Assembly: GCA_951406725.2 (NCBI GenBank)
Contig: OX597830.1
Coordinates: 1,922,001 to 1,986,000, forward strand
Source: Octopus vulgaris
Lineage: Eukaryota
Reading direction: 5' to 3'
DNA: 64,000 nucleotides
This document shows positions 53,950 to 64,000 of the stretch, piece after piece (positions within the stretch are counted from its first letter, which is position 1; every line of letters begins with the position of its first letter). A program made the position numbers and the translations under genes. Under the pieces are notes generated by a model, which ran no database searches, was not told the origin of the DNA, and saw only the letters and a program-made list of their open reading frames with translations.

Positions 53950-54044
53950 TGCGGTACATATGTTTCAGGCTTTATTGAACAACTTATTCTTATATCAATG
54001 CATAATTGATATAACAGATAGATCAAAAGCCTTCTTCAGCCGCA
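53950..54044 (-). ncRNA. Type-I hammerhead ribozyme, intact, long stem II
   Basis: tgcgg CTGAAGA aggcttt..ttatatcaat-tatgc-attgatataa..aaagcct GAAA catatg TA ccgca. 5-bp stem I, 7-bp proximal stem II, palindromic stem III. Confidence 0.9.
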
Positions 54045-54996
54045 TACAATTATCACACCAAAGGCATGTATCACATTATAACAGGTTTCAGAAAGAGTTT
54101 GAGAAAAAACCGCGTTTCATTGGGAAAATAAATCCTCATAGGCGTACATGGTATTGCGAGACTCCAAAACAAATCGTCCATACCTATTTCTTTACTACCC
54201 ACAAGGGGCTAAACATAGAGGGGACAAACAAGGACAGACAAAGGGATTAAGTCGATTACCGTTTCTTCACTCGGTAAAGAATGAATACTGAGTAGATTAC
54301 GTCATATAAGGGAAAGAATTGGATGTTGAGAGAAAGAGGAAAGGAGGGGAAGGGGGTGAAACTTTAATGAAGTTGGTATCACAAAAAAGAAAATATATAT
54401 ATATATAAATTTAAACATAATTATAAAGGATACATATAAAATATAATAAAAGTAAAGATGTAAAAAATAATAAGTATATAAAGATACAAAGGACGTCACG
54501 TATAGAGTCATAAATTCTAGAAATGTATTGTGAAAGTGTAAACGGTACAAGAAATAAAGGGTAAAAGCTAAAATAAAGTAACAAAAATAAAAAGTAAGAA
54601 ATAAAAATAAAAAGAAAAAATAAGAGATAAAAAGCGAAAAATAAAAAAAATAAAAAGGTGAACATAAAGATAAAGTGAGATAAAAATAAAGAGATACAGA
54701 AGAATACATGGCGGTTAGAGATGATGGGTTCGAGTTTTGATGCCGTGGTGGGTGTCGTAAATTATTTTTAATTATCTGGGGGGAGCGATATAGTAGTGGG
54801 CGAATGGTCAGTTAGTGGCAGTCCTAAGCTACATGCTCCAAGTCCAATAAGTCTGTATGTACGTGTGTGTCTACATACTTATCTACTTTCACATATGCGT
54901 CTGGTGCTAGTCTGGAAGTCGGTGTTAATATACAGTCCATGACATCCTCAATCAACATATACATATATACATATACATACACATGTGTATATATAT

Positions 54997-55053
<57 letters not shown>

Positions 55054-55109
55054 CACGCATATATATACGCATATACACACATATACACCCACCCACACCC
55101 CCCACACAC

Positions 55110-55162
<53 letters not shown>

Positions 55163-55185
55163 CACACAGGGAGAAAGAGAGAGAA

Positions 55186-55344
55186 GCGCAGGAGTGGCTG
55201 TGTGGTAAGTAGTTTGCTTACCAACCACATGGTTCCGGGTTCAGTCCCACTGTGTGGCACCTTGGGCAAGTGACTTGGGCAAGCCTCGAGCCCACCAAAG
55301 TTTGTGAGTGGATTTGATAGACGGAAACAGAAAGAAGCCCGTCG

Positions 55345-55404
<60 letters not shown>

Positions 55405-55615
55405 TGTGTGTGTGTGTGTGTCTGTGTCTGTGTGTCTGTGTTTGTCCCACCCCACTATCGCTTGACAACCAATGCTGATGTGTTTACATCTCCGTAACTT
55501 AGCGGGTCGGCAAAAGAGACCGATACAAAGAATATAGTCCTGGTGTAGATTTGCTCGACTGAAGCTGGTGCTCCAGCATGGCTGCAGTCAAATGACTTGA
55601 ACAAGTAAAAGAAAA
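55186..55615 (+). mobile_element. SINE family 1, full length, expanded internal microsatellite
   Basis: GCGCAGGAGTGGCTGTGTGG head, conserved body and tail. Confidence 0.9.
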
Positions 55616-55984
55616 ACGGAAAATAATATATACATGTAGGGTCGGGGTGGAATTTGACTGGCCACTGTTGGTGCTACCACCTACAGTTGCTTTCGGTGTA
55701 AGAGAGCAAGAGAAAGAGAGTTTACTAAGAAATAGAAAAGAGGGCGAAGTTTTCCTTTAAGGAGAGGGAACCGCTCAGGGTATATAAGTTTTGTTTTTGC
55801 TTTAATATTGTCATGAGAGGTCTTTTTCTTACGAGTGAGAAAACATACGATATAATATTTCCATATAATGTTTTCCTCTCATGATGAACATATCTACACA
55901 AACATACCCATATAACACACAAATACATCTAAAATAACAACAAACTTGAATATAAAACGAAACTGGTTATTGATATAAATACTG

Positions 55985-56470
55985 ACAAAGGGCGTCCTTA
56001 AAGAAAAAGGTTAATAACTACCTTATTCCATAACTATGTTGTCTTTATTTATTTACAAATCTTGTATAAAGAATGGAAACTTGTTTAGTGTATTGATAAA
56101 AGCAACTCGTAATCTCCATCTTTTGTTTCCGTGGTGATTTTTAAAACGTTGGATGAAAGCAGCCGAACTTTGAGTTGATGTTTCGTTCTTGCTCTGTTGA
56201 TATACACCTACTCTTTAAAAAATCCCCACAGGAAATATTCTGAAACAGTCAGATTTGGGGAATGTGCAATCCAACTAAATTATAAATTCTTGGAAATTAC
56301 GCTATTTTTAAAACAATGTCTCAACACTGGTATCTTGGACTTTTCTGTATAGAGTGTAGCTGGATCATATTGAAACTACATCCCAAGTAAGTTTCGCATT
56401 TTAGTACTAAGAATTTTCAATCATGGTCTCACACTGCCCCAGGCTGAATGTTGCTGCGTCGCCTTCATTT
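55985..56470 (-). mobile_element. Tc1/mariner-superfamily 3' fragment
   Basis: Minus strand FQYDPATLY...WIAHSPNLTVSEYFLWGFFKE*VY, a decayed FQQDGA / WP.RSPDL..LDFFLWG pattern. Confidence 0.7.
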
Positions 56471-58497
56471 CAGAAAAAGAAAAAGAAAAAAACCCCTAAA
56501 AACCAAAAATTCGCAATACATGAATGGATCACAAATACCCTGTGATTTAGATTCTGCAGTTCTTATTAACGAAATCATTTAAATAAGAAAGATATCTATC
56601 ACTCGTTATGAAAGAGTTTAGAAGTCCATTTGCTTCTCATTGTTGAGCAAGTAATGTAAGCTATATTGCTTAGTGTCAGGACTTTGTTTTAAAAAAAATG
56701 CGAAAATATGTTCATCACCAAAGCTTGATAGTTTGGGATATACTTAACTGAAAAGAACGTTTTCAAGTTAAATCTTTTGTCAAAACTGACCTGAATTACA
56801 GAATATTTGGCTTCCTTAAAGGAGAGAATGTTTTTTTCCAGAAGATGGTACATCAATTACGGAATCCTAAAACCTGACAAAATCGCGATTCCTCTACTTA
56901 CATGTCGTTCTTCCCATAGCAGAATATATTTTATATGTTCCTTGTGCTAAACTTGCAGAATGGGAATGGTAATTTTCATAAAATTTTACGATTTTTTGCA
57001 CATTACCATTATGAAGATCTGGAAAAGAAAATATAAAAATTCCTTTGTTAAACTTTCAACTTAAAAAGAAATAATACAAAATCCAGAGAACATGAAAAGG
57101 ATACAAATCCTTTAAATTTCTGGTCTACTCTGGGACCATCAACGGATTTTAACAGCCGGTGTTTCATAGACACATAACGTACGTTTCGCCTTCATCAACG
57201 GATCTCCAAAGAGGGATCTAACGAATAGTGTACTGTTTATATGCACCGTAGTTGCGCAGCATCCAGCGACAAACTTAATCAGTGAATACATCAAATCAAA
57301 AATAAAAATCCGTTTGACTTGTTATGCAAAACACTTAACAAGGGTGTTCGAGTCATATAACTGAAGACATTATAAAAGGAATTGAAGATTTACTGAAGAA
57401 CGAACTGTCATTGTATATAGAAGAACATTTTACTGACTAGATACTTCCTCTAGCAGCCACGGCACAAAACATTACAAATATATTTAGAATATCGATGATT
57501 ACAATTTTAGGTGAAAACTTTCCAAAAGAGACCAGCTTTCGTGGGAATATGTTTGGTCATTTCGCTTGCAACATATCATAGATACAGTAACTGTTACAAA
57601 AGTAAGAAACACTTTATCTACCTTGATTGAACTATAATAGATGGGTGACGGTCATGAGTTTAAGATTTGTTAATAGAATATGCATTGAAGATCCACATAT
57701 AGAATGTTAATTCTTTGGCCATAACGACGTCCTACATAGACAGATTGTTGGGCCTGGCTTTCGGCTTGAAGATATCAAACTCACTGGTGTCGGGGGCCCC
57801 GGAATTAGCCTACCTTCGTGCGTAAAACAGACAATAAAGCAGATATATAAGGATGATGGCAATGATGGTGGTGTTGGCAGTAATAGTGGTGGTGGTGGTT
57901 GTGGGGAGAGGGGTTAAGGTGGTGACAATTACATGCGTCGCAGACGTATAAAGATAAGTGACGGGTCGTGGCTGAGATGTATTTTCCAAATGTTATCATT
58001 TCTGTGAAATTGTCTGTGACATGAAGAAGAAATTATAAAGAGAACTGCAAAGTAAGTTCTTAACCCAACATCGCTGGTAACTCCTCACCATGAAGAGGGC
58101 CCCACCCAGCGTCCACCCCGTCATCTCAGGTGCTCATGTTTTGTTGATGAAATAATGATTTGGTAATTATAAAAGAAAACTTAGTAAAGTAGAGTTAAAT
58201 AGCTTGCCGAAGGCTACAACCGCCTCTCGTCGATAGAATAGCTGTAAGGGAGATAGACTGTTGATACAATTACTGTCGACATGACAATAGGTATAATGGT
58301 AGGAGAATTAATAGTATTAGCTGGTTTGGTCTTCAGGCGATAGAGAAGAGGCAGAAGTGATTGTGGCGGGGTGGATGAGGGGTAGGTGGTTGCGGTGGGA
58401 GGTGGCGGGTAGAGGCAGTGTTGTTATTGATTATGAGGAGAAGGAGGAGGAGAATTGATTGATTTAGTAGTGAAATGTATTTCTTACTGCATATGTA

Positions 58498-58532
<35 letters not shown>

Positions 58533-58897
58533 TAGCTCACCAATCACACACACACACACACATTAGCACACACACACACACACACACACAAGCATACAAC
58601 TACACATTCACTGTTTCATTTTCGCCGCGAATCATTTACAAATAATTCGAACCACAGAAGTTGTCAATTATATTCCAGTTATTATATATTAATTATTCTT
58701 CTATGTATGCACGCGTATATGTATATATATATATATGCCTGTATTTATGCATGTAGTGATGGATGGGTGTGTTACTGAGGCGCAAGCGCGTTGAACAAAA
58801 TGTGTAGTGGCATTACTTCCGGCTTATTACGTTCTGAGTTCAAATTCCGCCGAAGTTCACTTTCACTTTCATTTTATCCGGTTGGAGTCGGACACTT

Positions 58898-58953
<56 letters not shown>

Positions 58954-59019
58954 ACAATAAACACGAGGTTAATGGCTTAACAAGTTTGTTAAATCGTTGA
59001 CATAAATGGATTGCAGCGA

Positions 59020-59220
59020 CCTGACACAATCGTTTGCCCGCCGGATAAAGTGTTTAGCGGCATTTCGTCCGTCTTTATGTTCTGAGTTCAAGTATCACTG
59101 AGGTTAACTTGCCATTCATCTGTTCGGGTTCGATAAAACAAGTACCAGTTGAACACTGGTGTCAATGATATCAACCTGCCCTCTCGCCCGAACGTGCTGG
59201 CCTTGTGCCAAATATTTAGT
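59020..59220 (+). mobile_element. SINE family 2 (a partial copy also lies at ~58780-58895)
   Basis: ttagcggcatttcgtccgtcttta.gttctgagttcaa...tcgataaaacaagtaccagttgaacactgg...ctggccttgtgccaaa. Confidence 0.8.
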
Positions 59221-59439
59221 TGAAAAGAATGGCTCAAATGCTCAGATAATTTGGAAAACCACGACAGTATTAAAAGGATTAAAGGCAGCAGCGACACTCA
59301 CACGACTTCAAATACAATGATTAGTTTACCCATAATTTGCACGAATGCAAACCTGCGATACAACACCAGCGTACGATCGTAGTTCTGTTACAGTCGCATG
59401 AAATTTATGCCTGAGAGAATTTTCCAAAGCCTTGCTGCA

Positions 59440-59960
59440 TTTCTTTGTCACGGGAAATATTGCAGGAGAGAGCAGAAAGAACAATTCTCTATCTCTGTTT
59501 TAAAAAAGGGGGAAACGAACAAAGTCGTCTCTCACGTCAAGTAATAGAAGCGTTCCAGAGCATATTGGGAGAAATTCTCTCAGGAAGAAAAGACAAAACG
59601 TATGGCACTGGCTGTTGTACTCTCAAAACGTTGGCTAAAATTGTCAAACATAATTGGACAGAAATATGGCTTGTGATGACTTTTATGATACAGCAAGGCA
59701 CAGCAGTCCATGCAGGTTTAATGAAAGTTGACATGTGGGCAGGAAGTATCAAAATGGACTTGCAAGTCCTAATAATCGCCGATGTTCACAGGATCATATA
59801 GGAATGTGTCCAGTAAAAGATACAAAGATACCGAGGCAAAGAGCAGTAGATCAATGTTACAAGGTAGTTTGAGTAAAGCTTATTCTAAGGCCGAATGCTT
59901 GGAAGAACTGGAAAAATGAGTAAAAACTAAAAACTAAGGAAATAAAAATAATGAATCTCA
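59440..59960 (+). mobile_element. Possible highly decayed Dong/R4-like 3' fragment
   Basis: Only scattered hints (GQKYGL, LII.DV, KIQRY). Confidence 0.3.
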
Positions 59961-60686
59961 ACTGAAACAGCAAAAATAACAGGTCTCAGTTTCCAGAACA
60001 CAACCAGCGCAAATCCCGGGGAGGGTAAATGGAATAGCTTTACGCCTAGCATCAAAAACTGATGTGCAAAATTCTCTCATCTTGCTGAAGGAGTGACAAC
60101 CTTCAAACCATTTCTCATAGCGATCTTACATTAAAAGAAGGACACAGGACAGCTTCTGTGTTCTCCCAGTTTATTAAAAATAGCAAATGAATCATCTTTA
60201 TATCACAGAACTTTAAAAAAATGGTAGATTGTATAAAAATGTACATAACAATGTATGCATTTGCAAAATAAGAGGGGATGGCCAGGCATGGAATCGATTA
60301 CCGATCTATATGTATAAGAGGGCTACACAACAATAATATGCTTTCAGAGTATAATTCATTATTGTTGTTATTTAAGATTAGATGTTCACTGATGAAAGAC
60401 ATTCCAGCAACGACCATCCTGTCCTTTTTTGTCTAAATCATTTCACCCAATGTGTCACCGGTAGAAGGTAGATTTAGATTGTTCTCTTATTGGCTTGTGT
60501 GAAATTTCATAAAGAAAAGTTAAAGACCTAGAAACAGTCCAATTATTTCATGAATATCCTTAATTGAACTAATTTTGCTCAAATTTGTTGCTATGGTTAC
60601 AGTCTTGAAAATCTAATTGCATATGGATCGCCTGTCAAATACCATCAAAGCTGATCTTTTCCCTAATTGAATATTTAATTACAATT

Positions 60687-60748
<62 letters not shown>

Positions 60749-61004
60749 GGATGGATAGAAATGTCCCCCTTCTAACTTGCAAGAAATAACAACCAAATCT
60801 CCCAGAATTTACACGACTGACTTAAACAAACGATTTATGATTGTAGTCTCATAATCAGATTTAAATTCAAATTTTATACAAAAGAGACTAAATTGTCAAA
60901 TGTGTCCTCTCACGTTTATAGCACTTTGGGATCTGAGGGGAGTTGGTGGTTATTTCTAGCAGCTGCGTACACATTTCGTAAGTTGCATCTTCGCAAGTTT
61001 CGTA

Positions 61005-61260
61005 AGTGGCTCAGTGGTTACGGGTGTTGCACTCATGTCTGTTAGATTGTAGGGTCGATTCCTGGTCCGAGTGGCGTGGTTTATTCTTGGGCAAAACACT
61101 TCGTTTCCTGTTGCCCCAGTTCACTGGACTTGTCTTCTGATCAAGAGGGATGCTGGCCTGCTCGCCCATCCGCTGGAGTGGTTTTCATTCGAAAGCTAAA
61201 ACAAAGCGAATAAGCATTGTGACCATCACAACAACATCTAATGTTTGATTGATACTCAGA
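61005..61260 (+). mobile_element. SINE family 3
   Basis: gtggctcagtggtta..gggtcgattcc..ttgggcaaaacacttcgtttcctgttgccccagttcac. Confidence 0.65.
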
Positions 61261-62324
61261 TATAATAATCGTTAATGATATCTACGATAGCTATACACAT
61301 TCGAATCTTCAGACAACTGTTAAAAGTGACTATCGGGATTTAGCAATGTTGTCCAAGCATCGCATCTTAAAAGCTACTCAGGTGAAACGAGTATCAACTG
61401 AGCCTTGGCGTAGTTCTCACTCCTTTCAGCTCTCCCATCCTGAATGGCTGAAAGGGTCAAACGCCAGACGGGTGACAGAATAGATATGTCAACTATGTTC
61501 TACACAGAGGAACTGAAAATAATTAGCAGAGGCATGGCACAATATCAATATCAAGTGAGAAATTAAGTTTTGGGGACAGTAATGTCCAACGAAGCCATCC
61601 TTTGAAATGATATGTGATTAGTATGACTGCTCTTTCTAGCAAATACCGCAGACTCATGGAGGCTTCATTTCTGTCTCATTGGTCTAAAGTCGTCGAGTAC
61701 TTTACAGTATTTAAAGAGAGTTCAGTCATAAAATGTGAGATATTTAAGGTTCGTTAAGCTACATTTCACTGACATAAAGCACCAACAGTCACTTAGTATT
61801 GATTATTAGCACACCAGTCGCATCAACAACAAGAACAACAACCAACCGAACAGACGCTTTACGTATAATGCCCCCTCCACACTTGATGCATAACTCTCCA
61901 TTTACTTTTATTACAAGATCTCTTACTGGAAGTTACAATTATATATAATTAGTAAAAATAGTGTTTAGTAAATTAGTATTTGTGATTATATGATACTTAG
62001 CCAACTTTATTATCGTGGCTTATTTTTTGTGTGTGATTCGCACCGGTTCGCTCTGATTGAGCAAATATTTATACACTCGCACGCACACACACACACATAT
62101 ACATACTTATATTTATAGATACTTATATATACACGTATATACATTAATACATACGTGTATTTACACTACGAACATTTATTAGTACATAAACCGCGTGCAT
62201 ATATTCACTTGTTCGCTCCTCCATATATACATACACACATATAAACATACATATATAGATACAAACACGCACTCATATATACTTACATTCATACATGCAT
62301 ACATATATATATACATATATACGT

Positions 62325-62395
<71 letters not shown>

Positions 62396-62974
62396 GCATT
62401 TGCATATATATGTGAGTGTATAATACGTGTATGTATGTATTATTATTTAGTACATTAAATTCCTGGCAGTAACCCATAAAACTTATCACATCAGATATAT
62501 CTACATTATAGGAATTGCTGTTGTTTAGCCCATGGGCAGACCTTAAATAACTGACCCCATGGCCGAAGGCGTTCCTGCTGCTACAATATTATCAATAGTG
62601 TCCTTCTTTTCCTCAAAGGAAATACGGTATTTTGAGGAAAATTTGGCCGCTATTTGTAGCAGATCAAGTTATCATATGAATATTTCGGTGGCTTAAGTAT
62701 AATATAGGATATGGATGCAGTTGTTGTTATTCATTAGGTGTACGTCAACACTGGTAGAAGTGTCACATGATCACAGAGCTTCTAGCTATTTCTTTCTCAT
62801 AGTGCTAATGCGTGCATATACAGCTGCGTGCGTGCACACATACATGCGAGTACTGTCCAAATCTCCGACCAATCACATACAGCTAACTGGCATTCAATTG
62901 GCGTATCAAGTTTCGGGCATTTGGATTGGGCTTTGGATAGAAAATTCACAAAAAAGGCAATTCTATTGATTTTT

Positions 62975-63130
62975 TAATGACTTTGCGGGGTAACAGGGGA
63001 AATATAAAGATATGCACGACCACCCTTGGACGGTTTTAAATTACCATAGAAAGTGCGAGCCCTCTAACTGAAAATATGTGGATTTGTATAAAGGACACAC
63101 ACAGACATTTTGCCGTTTATATATATATAT
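62975..63130 (+). mobile_element. Possible Helitron/Helentron-like non-autonomous 3' end
   Basis: Ends ..ggacacacacagacattttgccgtttatatata, resembling DINE-1/Lep1-type ends; resemblance only. Confidence 0.35.
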
Positions 63131-63231
63131 CCCGGATACGTATACAGATTTTTTAACGGACTAGTTACCTAGTTACAAAATCAGTGATTGTATGACACTG
63201 TGACTTTCTTTAATATATATATATATATATA

Positions 63232-63297
<66 letters not shown>

Positions 63298-63597
63298 AGC
63301 AAGGTTAATCTGGTGCCATACCTAGCAATGATTACCTCCACCGAGGAAATCCAATACAGGTCGAATCCACGTGGTTTGATGGTCTTGAACCTCGGGTGGC
63401 AATAGTCATCTCCCGCTTATCGGGTACGAGAAGCGCACTGAAAAAAAACCAACAGGCGGAGATGTCTTCCTGGGGTTAAATCGTAGTGTCGTCATCTCTT
63501 ACAGGGCAGCTGCATTAAAGTGGCTATAAGCAGTATCTAAAATAGCATTAGTAATAAAACCTTCCCTTTTTAAAAGAGTGAGTACATTTGAAGGGAT

Positions 63598-63950
63598 TCA
63601 TCATCATCCTAGTCAGGTGTCGCACTATGCGATGCTGTGGTCATCATGATGTCTTGCCACCTTCCCCTGTCCTCTTCTACCCCATGGACAGCTGAGAATA
63701 AAGACAATCCTGTGACTGCAATGTCCTTCAGCCAAGAAGTGGGTGGTCTGCCTCTTTTACGGCTGCCGTCCACCTTGCCAGTTATGATCGTTCAAGTCCA
63801 TCTCGGCGCATAACGTGGCCAAAGAGCCGTAGCTTGAAGCAAAAATTTCTAGGCAGTGATGAGGATGGGCCAGTTAAGTTACCGACCATACGATCATAAG
63901 ACTAGTTGTGCTGGGTTACAAGGTACCAGTAACGACGAAACATGAACTCT
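63598..63950 (-). mobile_element. RTE-clade LINE 3' end
   Basis: Minus strand LRLFGHVMRRDGLE..TGKVDGSRKRGRPPTSWLKDI..EDRGRW; (GAT)n tail. Confidence 0.85.
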
Positions 63951-63956
63951 ATTCCG

Positions 63957-63995
<39 letters not shown>

Positions 63996-64000
63996 AAGAG

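Noticed and set aside
57175-57200. Minus strand TTGATGA aggc GAAA cgtacg TT with palindromic stem III
   Set aside because: Stem II and stem I are missing and C3 is mutated; at best a relic.

Overview
AT-rich, gene-poor eukaryotic DNA, not prokaryotic. The SINE families and very dense (TA/CA/AAT/GATA)n microsatellites suggest an octopus or other coleoid cephalopod; this is an inference. No host protein-coding gene can be supported, and most listed ORFs are microsatellite artefacts. The window is a mosaic of decayed transposons: mariner/Tc1, Merlin, RTE/RTE-X LINEs, a near full-length Dong/R4 LINE in a tandem pile-up of (TAA)n-targeting elements, and three tRNA-derived SINE families. The most interesting signal is about 11 type-I hammerhead ribozyme motifs (5 with intact cores) from several unrelated non-coding families. 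All have a self-complementary stem III, most sit next to microsatellites, and several lie inside long near-perfect inverted repeats. This architecture is known from Penelope-like element (PLE) pseudo-LTRs and non-LTR retrozymes. One insertion (36817-38020) contains one circularly permuted monomer plus an inverted copy spanning the monomer junction, which suggests a tandem or circular RNA template.
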